From Candidatus Marinacidobacterales bacterium (lineage in GTDB: Bacteria > Acidobacteriota > Vicinamibacteria > Marinacidobacterales > SMYC01): DNA of 64,000 bases. Location: the NCBI GenBank assembly GCA_965224085.1, contig CBDCYI010000011.1, positions 352,001 through 416,000 on the forward strand, given 5' to 3'. The translations under genes were made by a program, and so were the position numbers. The notes below the pieces were generated by a model. That model was not told the origin of the DNA and made no database searches. It saw only the letters and a list, made by a program, of their open reading frames with translations. Shown here piece by piece: positions 32,952 through 42,896 of the stretch (positions are counted from its first letter, which is position 1; each line of letters opens with the position of its first letter).

Positions 32952-33417
32952 CTACCTCGGCGGATTGGTGTAGAACCTCACAATCCCTCTGTTTCTGAGG
33001 TCGTCTGTATATCCGATAGCGATGTAGAAGCCCAGCTGTGCGCTGAATGTGAAGCTTTTAGTGCTGCCAAGCCTCCAGCCTGTTGTTACCGAACGCATTG
33101 ACAAAATGATCCGCGCCATACTCCCATATTGGCTCGAAGTTTCGATTCTCGCCTCGGATGAAGTTCAAATTGGCTCCCACGCCCCCCGTGTTCGTCAACG
33201 AAAGACTGAACACGGCAGAGTCGCAGAATTTAGTAGTGCATTCGTATTCACCGGCCAAGCTGATATCGGCTGGGCGTCTGGGTGCTGGCGCTGGCCTTGG
33301 CGTTGGTTGACGAGTTGTGGTTGGTGCCGGCGCTGGGGACGTTGGTGTACTATCGCCCTCATCGCCACAGCCAGCCAATACACCTATAAGTAGAAACAAT
33401 GCTGATCTCCGCATGAG
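32952..33417 (-). pseudogene. Lipoprotein (IS passenger) with apparent 1-nt frameshift near 33069
   Basis: Lipobox LAGC, PTSP-rich linker; removing one base extends the frame to GSTKSFTF...GYTDDLRN...PPR*. Confidence 0.5.
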
Positions 33418-33624
33418 CATTCTCGAAGCGTCCTTTCGTGGATTACTGGCCCGGTGAATTGGTCACCGGGCCAGTCGTCACACGAAACGCATGCGGTAGC
33501 ATGCAGGATCTCGCCTATTTCCCTATGGGGAGGGTATTGTATTCAGCGAGTGACCCGATAGTTGAGCCGCACGCGTTCGTGTGACGGTGGGAAGGGTATT
33601 CTAATGGGCGGGCCTTGTCAAGGT

Positions 33625-34572
33625 TTACTTATAATTACCAAAAGTTGCGAGCCGTTGTGTCAGCAACCGGAAAAAGCCGTCGGCATCGCCGTCGTGCATC
33701 CACACCGCATTGGGCTCGCGTTCGGTGACGCCCCAGAAGTCGATGACGGTCTCCCCCATCGTGAGCTCCGATTCCGTCTCCACCGCAACGTTCACGCGCT
33801 TGCCTCGAAAAAGCTCGGGCTCGAGTAGATAAGCCACCGTGCATGGGTCGTGGAGAGGCCCGCCTTCCACACCATACTTTCTGACATCGTAGCGGTTGGA
33901 GTACTCGAGCATGCCCCGCACGTTGTGTGCCACTTTCGTTCCGAGAGCGCTGATGGCCGCCACTCGCGGCGGCGTCGCGAGGATTTGATGGGTCACGTCG
34001 AGCGGTAGGACGACGAGGGGACGACCGCACTCGATCACGATCTTGGCCGCGTGCGGATCGACATAAACATTGAACTCCGCCGAGGGCGTGACGTTGCCAC
34101 CTTCTCGAAAGGCGCCGCCCATCATGACGATCTCATGAATTTTGGACGCGATACTCGGCTCCCTTTCGAGGGCCGTCGCGACATTCGTGAGCGGTGCGGT
34201 GGGGACGAGCGTAATCGAGTCGTCTTCAGCCCCCATGAGCGTGTCGATGATGAAATCGACGGCGTGTTTCGACTGCAGCGGCATCTCTGGGTCGTAGACA
34301 AGAGCTCCGTCGATACCTTCGCGCCCGTGAACGTATTCCGCCGTGACGAGCGGGCGCTTCATGGGAGCCGCGCAGCCGGCAAAGACGGGAACGTCGGTTC
34401 TGCCGCCAAGCTCGCACAAGATGCGCGCGTTGCGCTCTGTTTTCTCGAGAGGCACGTTGCCCGCAACCGTGGTGATCCCGAGAATGTCGAGCTCTTTCGG
34501 CGCGGCGAGCGCTAGCAGGATGTTGACGGCGTCGTCCTGACCGGGATCGCAATCAATGATGATGGGTCTCAT
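33625..34572 (-). CDS. Inosine/uridine-preferring nucleoside hydrolase
   Basis: DCDPGQDD, VAGNV, VHG, GNVTPSAEFN, LHDP; last codons overlap the putative IS end. Confidence 0.93.
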   Translation of the reverse strand: MRPIIIDCDPGQDDAVNILLALAAPKELDILGITTVAGNVPLEKTERNARILCELGGRTDVPVFAGCAAPMKRPLVTAEYVHGREGIDGALVYDPEMPLQSKHAVDFIIDTLMGAEDDSITLVPTAPLTNVATALEREPSIASKIHEIVMMGGAFREGGNVTPSAEFNVYVDPHAAKIVIECGRPLVVLPLDVTHQILATPPRVAAISALGTKVAHNVRGMLEYSNRYDVRKYGVEGGPLHDPCTVAYLLEPELFRGKRVNVAVETESELTMGETVIDFWGVTEREPNAVWMHDGDADGFFRLLTQRLATFGNYK

Positions 34573-34659
34573 TTCAGCGTTCAGCACTCAGAAGTTGGCA
34601 TTCAGGACGTTTCTAGTCGCGACAGCGCCTATCGTGCTACATTCGCGCCCTATTCTACG

Positions 34660-35637
34660 ATGTTTGTTCCTCAGTCATACCTAGTAGCACTTCTTCTCAT
34701 GATCCTCTGCATGGCTTGTTGGGGTTCTTGGGCCAATACGTTCAAGCTTGCGGGGAAGGTTCGGTTCGAGCTTTTTTATTGGGATTACGCGCTTGGGGTC
34801 TTTGTCATGGCGCTCATTCTCGCCGTGACGCTCGGGAGTTGGCACGGCGGGGAGGATGCTTTTTTCAACAACCTTACTCAGGCTACGGGGTCGCGCATCG
34901 GCTACGCGATGCTCGCGGGCACAATCTTCAATCTCGCGAACATCTTGCTCGTGGGAGCTATCGCCATCGCGGGGATGGCCATCGCGTTTCCCGTGGCCAT
35001 TGGCGCGGCACTCGTCATCGGCACCGTTTTGACCTACATCGTCGATCAGACGGGCAATCCCGCCATGCTCTTTGCCGGGGTCGCCCTCGCGGTCGTTGCC
35101 ATCCTCGCTGATAGCTTCGCCTACAAAGAACTGTCCGGGGGGAAGGTCCAAGTCACAAAAAGGGGCCTTTGGGTCTCGATCGTCTCCGGGATTCTCATGG
35201 GAAGCTGGTCACCGCTGACGGCCGCGTCGATGGCCGATGGCGGCGGGCAGCTCACGCCTTATACGAGCATCGTCGTTTTTACTTTCGCGACCCTCGTTTC
35301 GACGTTCTTCTTCAACGTCTATTTCATGCAGAAACCGCTCATCGGCGAGCCCGTGTCGCTCGAAGGCTACTTGCAAGGCAAACCGAGCTGGCACCTGCTC
35401 GGGCTGACCGGCGGTTTCATCTGGAGCATCGGCACCGCGGCTAATCTCATTGCCGGGCGCGAAGCGGGATTCGCCGTTGCCTACGCAATGGGGCAGAGCG
35501 CACCCATGGTGGCGGCCCTCTGGGGCGTTTTCGTTTGGAACGAGTTCGAAGGCGCGTCCAGCAAGGCCAAAATGTACTTGGCGGCAATGTTCGTTTTTTA
35601 TGCCGGCGCCATCGGCGTCATCGCGAACGCCTTTTAG
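34660..35637 (+). CDS. DMT-superfamily (GRP/ureide permease-like) sugar or nucleoside transporter
   Basis: CWGSWANT, RFELFYWDY, about 10 TM helices, LWGVFVW.EF. Confidence 0.8.
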   Translation: MFVPQSYLVALLLMILCMACWGSWANTFKLAGKVRFELFYWDYALGVFVMALILAVTLGSWHGGEDAFFNNLTQATGSRIGYAMLAGTIFNLANILLVGAIAIAGMAIAFPVAIGAALVIGTVLTYIVDQTGNPAMLFAGVALAVVAILADSFAYKELSGGKVQVTKRGLWVSIVSGILMGSWSPLTAASMADGGGQLTPYTSIVVFTFATLVSTFFFNVYFMQKPLIGEPVSLEGYLQGKPSWHLLGLTGGFIWSIGTAANLIAGREAGFAVAYAMGQSAPMVAALWGVFVWNEFEGASSKAKMYLAAMFVFYAGAIGVIANAF

Positions 35638-35662
35638 GCGCCCTTTTGGACGATGGAGTAGG

Positions 35663-36604
35663 ATGATGGCCAAGAAGAAAGCCCGTATCGTCGTCGTTGG
35701 AAGCGCCAACGTCGACCTCACGACGTTTACCGATCAGTTCCCGAAGCCCGGCGAGACGCTTTTCGGCAAGAGCTTCGATCTCGGCTTTGGCGGCAAAGGT
35801 GCTAACCAGGCTGTCGCCGCCGCCTATTGCGGGGCCGATGCGCACATGGTCGCACGCGTGGGCGACGATTTATTCGGCCCCGCCAGCATTAAGAACTTCA
35901 AAAAGCTCGGCATCGGCGCCAAACACGTCAAGATGGTTAAGGGTGTCTCGAGCGGCGTCGCGCCTATCTTCGTCGAAGCTAACGGTCAAAACCGCATCCT
36001 GGTTGTGAAGGGAGCCAACGACAAGCTCACACCGAAAGCGGTCGGCAAAGCGGCATCGCTTCTCAACAAAGCGGACATGATCGTGCTGCAGTTCGAGATA
36101 CCGCTCGAGACGATTTACCACACGGTCAAATTCGCGAAAAAGCACAACGTTCCCGTGGTGCTCAACCCGGCTCCCGCGATGAACGTCGATCTCGCAAAGA
36201 TTCAAAACATCGATTACTTCATTCCTAACGAGAGCGAAGCCGAGGCGATCACAGGTAAGGCCGTCAAGACTGTAGACGATGCCAAGAGTTGCGCCGAGCA
36301 CCTGCTCTCGAATGGCGTGAAGCGCGTCATCCTTACGCTCGGCGAACGCGGCGCGCTTCTCGCGTCGAAGGACGGCATGGACCTCGTGCCTCCCTTTACG
36401 GTGAAGTCGGTCGACTCCACCGGGGCCGGCGACGCCTTCATCGGAAGCTTCGCCGTATTCCTCGGCGAAGGGCTTCCCGAGCGCGAAGCGGTCGCGCGGG
36501 CGAACCTTTACGCCGCGATCTCGACGACCGGAATCGGTACGCAGAAGTCGTTCATCAAGCGGCGCAAGTTCGATCGTGCATGGAAGAAGCGGTCCCGTGC
36601 GTAA
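35663..36604 (+). CDS. rbsK: Ribokinase
   Basis: GSANVD, PKPGET, GGKGANQA, LQFEI, NPAP, NESEA, DSTGAGDAF. Confidence 0.93.
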   Translation: MMAKKKARIVVVGSANVDLTTFTDQFPKPGETLFGKSFDLGFGGKGANQAVAAAYCGADAHMVARVGDDLFGPASIKNFKKLGIGAKHVKMVKGVSSGVAPIFVEANGQNRILVVKGANDKLTPKAVGKAASLLNKADMIVLQFEIPLETIYHTVKFAKKHNVPVVLNPAPAMNVDLAKIQNIDYFIPNESEAEAITGKAVKTVDDAKSCAEHLLSNGVKRVILTLGERGALLASKDGMDLVPPFTVKSVDSTGAGDAFIGSFAVFLGEGLPEREAVARANLYAAISTTGIGTQKSFIKRRKFDRAWKKRSRA

Positions 36605-37115
36605 ACTTTTATTTTCGATTAGTGTCCTCGCGGCCGCGTCATTTATAGACGCCCCCGAGAGCGAGAATGACAGCGAGAACGACATCGTGAGGGCGTGGTT
36701 CGAGCACATGAACGCGCTCGACGAATCCGAGGAGAGTGTCGACGCGCTCATTGCACTCTACCAGCCGGACGCCCTTCACATCACCGGGCCTGAAAGCCAC
36801 CAGCTCGGCACGGTTACCTTCGCTGGGCACGAGAACATCCGCAAGATGGCGCGGGATTTCGCCGCGACCTATGAGAGCCCACGTTTCCGCATCGAGGTGG
36901 TGACGGCTCGGGAGCAGTCGCTGTCACTGTTCCACCGCGCCGACGGCCCGTGGGGCGCCGCGAGCGTCGCCGTCGAATACGTAGCCGCTTACACCCGACG
37001 GGAGGACGGGACGAGAGTGATGGTGCCTGGCGCGGCGTTCTTCCAACTCGCCGACGGCAAGATCCGTCGAGCGCGCTTCTACTTCGCGACGGGGGAAGTG
37101 GCACCCGTCCAGTAG
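36597..37115 (+). CDS. Secreted SnoaL/NTF2-like protein
   Basis: Signal peptide, ALYQPDA, FFQLADGKIRRARFY. Confidence 0.7.
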   Translation: MRKLLFSISVLAAASFIDAPESENDSENDIVRAWFEHMNALDESEESVDALIALYQPDALHITGPESHQLGTVTFAGHENIRKMARDFAATYESPRFRIEVVTAREQSLSLFHRADGPWGAASVAVEYVAAYTRREDGTRVMVPGAAFFQLADGKIRRARFYFATGEVAPVQ

Positions 37116-37209
37116 TTGTCCCGATTCAAATTCTTGAAGACCAACGAGCCGGTTGAGATTTAGCGGGCAGCGGCGGTACTATAGACGACGCTCGAAGGAG
37201 GATGTCTCT

Positions 37210-39102
37210 GTGCGCCGCCTTTTGCTTTCCGTTATGCTCGTCGCCCCTTGCCTCGCGGCTTTTGATGACGACGAGAAAGCCTCCGACAAGCGGCGCCGGG
37301 AGGACCGTGCCGCCGAAGCGCACCGCACGCTGCTCGAATCCGCCGATCGCGGCAGGGAGAGCGCCCATTTTACCGAAGCCGTGATGTCTGATCTGCCGGC
37401 GACGGCGCCCGGCGCCGACGTTCCTCGTCAAGGCATCATCGACACCATCCTCTTCCGGCAGATGGCGGAGCGGGGTGTTCCACATGCTGGGCTCGCTTCG
37501 GACACCGAGTTCGTGCGGCGCGTCTATCTCGACGCCACTGGCCTCCCGCCCGAACCGGACGCGATCCGCGCATTCGTCGCCGATGACGCTTCCCAAAAGC
37601 GCGTCAAGCTCATCGATTCTCTAGTGGGCACCGAAGCGTTCGCCGAGCAATGGGCATGGTTTTGGGGCGATCTCTTCCGCCTCGCGTCACAGGTCGGCCC
37701 GGTCAAAAACTCGTTTCAATTCTGGGTCAAGGAGTGGCTCCAAGTGGACCGGCCTTACGACGAGGTCGTCTACGATCTTCTGACCGGTGTTTCGAAAGCT
37801 CACGGCACGATCCCCGCGCTCGCATTCTTATCGCGCTCACATCAAGCGAAGAGCCGCATCGTCATGAGCAACGAGGATTACGGGATCCTCAACCGTCTCG
37901 ACTCGATCGATCAATTCAACGTCGACACGTCGCGGATTTTTCTCGGTATCACCACATCCTGCATTTCTTGCCACGACGGCGAGGCGCATCTCGAACCGGT
38001 CAACTCCTGGCTCACGAAAAAGACCCGCGCGGATTTCTATCGCCATTCGGCTTTCTTCGGAAAGACCCGCATGATTACGACTTGGGACGACCGCACCAAG
38101 AACGTCGTCGTCGATCTCGTCGTGGACGATCTCGCCAAAGGCTACGACACCGCGGACGATGCGCCGTTCTTCACGCTCTCCGAGAACCGCTTTCCGCGCT
38201 TCGACAGCGGGAGCTACGAACCCGCCTTCTTGTTGACCGGCGAGAAGCCGAAGCCCGGCGAGAACGAACGCGCCGCGCTCGCGCGCATGATCACGTCGCA
38301 CCCGCAATTCGCACGCGCGACCGTCAATTTGATTTGGGGAAAACTCATGACTGCGGCTTTCGTCGAGCCCTATAACGGGTTCGACCTCGACCGGATGGAC
38401 CCCGACAACCCACCCGACGCGCCGTGGACGATCCAGCCGACGAACCCTGAGCTTCTCGAAGCGCTCGCGGCGGACTTTCGCGAGAGCGGCTACAGCATCC
38501 ACCACCTCATGAAGACGATCTTCCGCTCGAGCGCTTATCAGCTCGATTCGCGCTACCCCGCCGAGTGGAAGGACGAGTATCTGCCTTACTACCCGCGCAA
38601 ATTCGTACGGGTGCTCACCGGCCCAGAGCTCGTGGATACGATCGCACGCGTGACGGGACGGCCGGGCGAGTTTCAGTTCTCGGGCACGACGGCCACGCGG
38701 GTCAAACAGCTCGCCGCGCCGTCCGATCTCGGCGCACGCCGCGGAAGAGGCGAAGGGGCAGAAGTCAACGCGCTCTTGCTCGCATTTTTTCAGAGCAACC
38801 GTATGACGCCAATGCCGGTCGGTAACAAAGTCTCTACGTTGCAAGCGATGCTCATGATGCAGTCGAGCGTCGTGAGCCGCCGCGTCGCCCCCGAACGAGA
38901 CTCGCGGGTCGATCGGCTCGTCAAGTCGGAAGCGACGGACGACGAGCTCATTGCCGAGCTCTATCTCGCGACGCTCGCGCGCTGGCCGAGCGCCGCCGAA
39001 AGTGAAGTCGCATTGGAGGCGGTTTCACAGGACCGCGCCGCCGGTGCTTCGAATTTACAGTGGGCGCTCCTGAACTCGCCCGAGTTTCTTCTGAACCATT
39101 GA
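37210..39102 (+). CDS. DUF1549/DUF1553 (PSCyt2/PSD1) protein
   Basis: EFVRRVYLDATGLPP, CISCHD, FARATVN.IW, PTNPELLEALA, WALLNSPEFLLNH. Confidence 0.9.
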   Translation: MRRLLLSVMLVAPCLAAFDDDEKASDKRRREDRAAEAHRTLLESADRGRESAHFTEAVMSDLPATAPGADVPRQGIIDTILFRQMAERGVPHAGLASDTEFVRRVYLDATGLPPEPDAIRAFVADDASQKRVKLIDSLVGTEAFAEQWAWFWGDLFRLASQVGPVKNSFQFWVKEWLQVDRPYDEVVYDLLTGVSKAHGTIPALAFLSRSHQAKSRIVMSNEDYGILNRLDSIDQFNVDTSRIFLGITTSCISCHDGEAHLEPVNSWLTKKTRADFYRHSAFFGKTRMITTWDDRTKNVVVDLVVDDLAKGYDTADDAPFFTLSENRFPRFDSGSYEPAFLLTGEKPKPGENERAALARMITSHPQFARATVNLIWGKLMTAAFVEPYNGFDLDRMDPDNPPDAPWTIQPTNPELLEALAADFRESGYSIHHLMKTIFRSSAYQLDSRYPAEWKDEYLPYYPRKFVRVLTGPELVDTIARVTGRPGEFQFSGTTATRVKQLAAPSDLGARRGRGEGAEVNALLLAFFQSNRMTPMPVGNKVSTLQAMLMMQSSVVSRRVAPERDSRVDRLVKSEATDDELIAELYLATLARWPSAAESEVALEAVSQDRAAGASNLQWALLNSPEFLLNH

Positions 39103-39130
39103 TTGATGACCTGGTGACTGGGAGGAGGCC

Positions 39131-40552
39131 ATGGCTCGCGTAAAGGACATTCTGCCGACGCGGCGGGCCGTGCTCCGCTTTGGCGGGCTCGCGCTCGCTG
39201 GTGCCAGTCTCGACCACCTCGTGTGGCCGCTCGAGATTCACGCCAACGGCCAAACGAATGGCCAGACGGGAAAGAGCGACCCGAGAGGCACAGCCCGAAA
39301 CTGCATCTTCATCGAGATGGGCGGCGCCATCAGCCCGATGGACTGCTGGGATTTCAAACAAACCCGCTATACGCCCAAAGACCTCGACATGGTGCAGCTG
39401 CGCGATGACCTCTCGATCTCGCGTACGCTCTTTCCGGAGCTTCACAAAGAAATGGACAAGGTCGCGCTCGTTCGGTCCATGCGCGCCCCTGAGCTCATCC
39501 ACTTCAACGGGCAATATCACACTCAAACGGGCCGCGCGCTCAACGTCGCCATCGCTCGCGAGATCCCGGGCTTCGGCAGTATCATCTCCTACGAGCTCGA
39601 AGCCCAACGGCGCGAGACGGACACGTTTCCGACCTACATGTCGACGCAGCTCACGCGCGCGCGCGCGGGCTCGATCGGTGCGGGTTTTCTTCCGACGCGC
39701 TTCACCGGGCTCGATCTCGACCCCACAACCGTCTTCGAATCCTTTGCAGGCAACACGCAAGGGGGTAAGGAGCTTTTGGAAGAGCGCTTCCGGCTCTTGA
39801 ACGCGCTCGTCGACGCTTCCGAGACCGAGCGCCTTTCGATGGGCTCGAAAGCTGCGGACTATCGCGAGTTCTATCGCGGGGCCTATGACATTTTGAACGA
39901 CCCGCGTTGGCCCACGATCTTCCAAGCGACAGAGGAAGACAAGACACGCTACGGAGACGATGAGTTCGGTCTCGGCTGCATTCTCGCCCGTAATATACTC
40001 GAAGCGGATGCCGGTACACGTTTCATTTACATCTACGACGGCGACCGCTGGGATCATCACTCGGGCATCTTCGATCGCACGAAGAAGCGGAATCACTACA
40101 CAACCTGCCCGCGGCTCGACAAAGGCCTCGTGAGCTTGCTGCGCGATCTGGAAGCGAGACCGGGGACGGCCACCGGCAAAACAATGTTCGACGAAACGCT
40201 CATCGTCGCGACAAGCGAGTTCGGACGCACGCCGGAGATGAATCCTGTCGCGGGCCGCGATCATTGGCGGCTGGCCTACACGTCGCTCTTCGCCGGAGGT
40301 GGCGTCGCGGGCGGACGCATCATTGGTGCGACGAACGCAGACGGCGGCGAGTGCATCGACTATGGCTGGAAGCACGAGGGACAGCCGTTCATGGACAGCA
40401 TCGTCGCGACGATCTATTCCGCTCTAGGCATCGACTGGAGAAAATCCGTCAAGAACACGCCTTCGGGCCGGGAGTATCGCTACGTGGACACGGTGGCGCT
40501 TGGAGGATCGGAGATGATGTTCGACGACGAGATCGCGGAGCTGTTTCTCTAG
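39131..40552 (+). CDS. DUF1501 protein with Tat-like signal
   Basis: TRRAVL, GAISPMDCWDFK, WDHH, SEFGRTP, GRDHW, FAGGGV.GG..IG. Confidence 0.9.
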   Translation: MARVKDILPTRRAVLRFGGLALAGASLDHLVWPLEIHANGQTNGQTGKSDPRGTARNCIFIEMGGAISPMDCWDFKQTRYTPKDLDMVQLRDDLSISRTLFPELHKEMDKVALVRSMRAPELIHFNGQYHTQTGRALNVAIAREIPGFGSIISYELEAQRRETDTFPTYMSTQLTRARAGSIGAGFLPTRFTGLDLDPTTVFESFAGNTQGGKELLEERFRLLNALVDASETERLSMGSKAADYREFYRGAYDILNDPRWPTIFQATEEDKTRYGDDEFGLGCILARNILEADAGTRFIYIYDGDRWDHHSGIFDRTKKRNHYTTCPRLDKGLVSLLRDLEARPGTATGKTMFDETLIVATSEFGRTPEMNPVAGRDHWRLAYTSLFAGGGVAGGRIIGATNADGGECIDYGWKHEGQPFMDSIVATIYSALGIDWRKSVKNTPSGREYRYVDTVALGGSEMMFDDEIAELFL

Positions 40553-40559
40553 AGCGGCC

Positions 40560-41342
40560 GTGCTCACCCTGATACTGGCGGCGATGGCGTCGATGCCGCC
40601 ATCCGACATGGTCTCGATTCCAGCCGGTGATTTCTGGATGGGCCGCTATCACATGTGGCTCATCGACGAGATCGGTTGGCAGACCCGCGATCGAATGGAC
40701 GATCGCCCGATGCATCTCGTTTACCTCGACGCGTTTCTCATCGATCGCTACGAAGTGACGAACCGCGATTACGCGCGTTTCGTCAAAGAGACGGAACATC
40801 GCGCACCTTTTCATTGGCGCAAAGGGAGCATCCCCGAAGAAAAACCCCGCATGCCGGTCTATAACGTGAGCTGGGACGACGCGGCCGCCTATTGTGCGTG
40901 GGCGGGAAAGCGGCTCCCGACAGAAGCCGAGTGGGAGAAGGCCGCGCGTGGCGGGTACAAAAAATTGTCTCACCCATCCCGTAATGGGCTCGACGAAGAG
41001 CCCGCGGAAGATGCCAGCGAAGACGCGAAGCCCATTCGGCTCGCGCATTACGGCCATCCCAAAGGCCCCATCGACGTCAGCCGCTACCCGCCGAACGGCT
41101 ACGGTGCGTACGATATGGTGGGAAACGTCTGGGAGTGGGTCGCCGATGGCTACGAGCTCTACTATTATTCGGTGAGCCCACGCGAAAATCCTCGCGGAGC
41201 GAAAGACGCTCCTTACAAGGTCTATCGGGGTGGGAGCTGGGGTGACGTGGACGAACGGCTTCTCTCGGTGTTCTATCGCAACTTCACGGACAAAACGACC
41301 CGCACGAGCACGATCGGCTTTCGGTGTGCGGGCAGCTCCTAA
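40560..41342 (+). CDS. FGE-sulfatase (SUMF1/EgtB/PvdO-type) domain protein
   Basis: YEVTN, VSWDDA..YC.WAGKRLPTEAEWEKAARG, DMVGNVWEW, RGGSW, GFRCA. Confidence 0.9.
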   Translation: MLTLILAAMASMPPSDMVSIPAGDFWMGRYHMWLIDEIGWQTRDRMDDRPMHLVYLDAFLIDRYEVTNRDYARFVKETEHRAPFHWRKGSIPEEKPRMPVYNVSWDDAAAYCAWAGKRLPTEAEWEKAARGGYKKLSHPSRNGLDEEPAEDASEDAKPIRLAHYGHPKGPIDVSRYPPNGYGAYDMVGNVWEWVADGYELYYYSVSPRENPRGAKDAPYKVYRGGSWGDVDERLLSVFYRNFTDKTTRTSTIGFRCAGSS

Positions 41343-41356
41343 GGGTCCGCGAAGAA

Positions 41357-42162
41357 GGTATTGTCAAGTTGACGTTGAGCGAGCGAACCTATTGCGTCGA
41401 GCTGATTTCCTTTGCTCTCATCGGACGGCACAGGTTACCTCCTGCCAGACGATGAAAGCGCGGTCTCGTAGCTCCCGATGATGATGCGCTTGCAACAAAT
41501 GCCGTCCGACGCGAAAGAGGTTTTGCACGAGTCCATGCACGGTCAAGAATCGTTGCGCCTGCCCAGGAGTTTTAAACTTCCGCATCTGTCGTTCCCGTTG
41601 TCGCGTCGGTTCGTGCGAGACTTCGGCTAGGTTGTTTCTGTACTGGTCAGTGTCGTGGACGACGGACGGCATGACCTCGCGGTGAGCGGCGCTGTAGCTT
41701 CTCAGTTTGTCGGTGACCAGCTGCCAGGGCGGACGGCCTTGCCCTTTCAACAGCTTGCGGAAGAATCGTTTGGCGGCTTTCTGATCACGGCGAGGCTGGA
41801 CGAGGATATCAATCACATCACCATCTTGGTCTACCGCGCGCCAGAGGTATTGGCGTTCGCCTTGTATCTTTATGAAGACCTCGTCCAGGTGCCACGTGTC
41901 ACCAAGGCGACCCTGCCGACGCTTCAGTCGCCGAGCGTATTCCGGCCCGAACTTGATGCACCAAAGTCGGATCGCTTCGTAGGAAACCGTGATGCCTCGC
42001 TGAGCAAGCAGCTCTTCGACGTTTCGAAAGCTCACGCAGAATCGGTGGTAGAGCCAGACGGCGTGGCTGATGATTTCCGGTGGAAATCGATAGCCGTGGT
42101 AGCTTGGCGCATCGGTCTTCATTGGACCATTCTGTCAGTCACCAGCTCAATTTGACAGTACC
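41357..42162 (-). mobile_element. IS6-family element (806 bp), transposase at 41418-42122
   Basis: GYRFPPEII, WHLDE, YLWRAVD, VTDK; inverted repeats GGTATTGTCAAGTTGA and TCAATTTGACAGTACC. Confidence 0.93.
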
Positions 42163-42558
42163 GTTGAAGGGGCAAGGCCGCCCGCCCTGGCGGCTGGTCA
42201 CCGACAAGCTGAGAAGCTACAGCGCCGCTCACCGCGAGGTCATGCCGTCCGTCGTCCACGACACTGACCAGTACAGAAACAACCTAGCCGAAGTCTCGCA
42301 CGAGCCGACGCGACAACGGGAACGACAGATGCGGAAGTTTAAGACTCCGGGACAGGCGCAACGATTCTTGACCGTGCATGGACTCGTGCAAAACCTCTTT
42401 CGCGTCGGACGGCATTTGTTGCAAGCGCGTCATCATTGGGAGCTACGAGACCGCGCTTTCATCGTCTGGCAGGAGGTAACCTGTGCCGTCCGATGAGAGC
42501 ATAAGGAAGTCAGCTCGACGCGATAGGTTCGCTCGCTCAACGTCAACTTGACAATATC
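42163..42558 (+). mobile_element. Partial inverted IS6 copy (3' half plus terminal repeat)
   Basis: Near-identical to the reverse complement of 41357-41750; ends TCAACTTGACAATATC. Confidence 0.88.
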
Positions 42559-42718
42559 AATGGAACGTTCGAGGAACGTTCGAGACGAGCAATCTGGTAT
42601 AAACCTAAATAAATAAAATACTTAGTGGAAGTCATTGGATGTAGCTGGACGCGTACTAGGCGGACTCCCTCTCCGCCATTCTCGCCGCCGACCGGCTGAC
42701 CCCACTGAGAAGGTCCTT

Positions 42719-42747
42719 TTGACAAAAAGAGGGGAGGCCGGTAATCT
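42719..42747 (+). promoter_or_regulatory. Sigma70 promoter of tRNA-Gln
   Basis: TTGACA-17 bp-TAATCT, 15 bp before the tRNA. Confidence 0.7.
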
Positions 42748-42762
42748 GGCCGGTACTGGAAC

Positions 42763-42836
42763 TGGGAAGTCGTTCAATGGTAGGACACACGGCTCTGGAC
42801 CGTGGAATCGGGGTTCGAGTCCCTGCTTCCCAGCCA
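42763..42836 (+). tRNA. tRNA-Gln(CTG)
   Basis: Acceptor stem TGGGAAG/CTTCCCA, anticodon arm CACGG-CTCTGGA-CCGTG, GTTCGAGTC T-loop, encoded CCA. Confidence 0.96.
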
Positions 42837-42896
42837 GTTAAAACGGATCGCGGCTGAGCCAGGTCACACGAATCTTCGTGGTATGCGGCACGGCCC

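Larger units (their letters stand above)
31954..33639 (+). mobile_element. IS1595-family element, 3' half with passenger genes (transposase C-terminus ends 32423)
   Basis: GKTAVIG, LYTDD, VKHSVKEYV, HTNGIESFWS, GTFHKMS.KHL.RYV.EF; probable right end TTACTTATAATTACC at 33625-33639. Confidence 0.75.

Noticed and set aside
41357-42558. Amplification fold-back chimera as the cause of the IS6 inversion
   Set aside because: The arms differ at several positions and the junction coincides with the IS terminus
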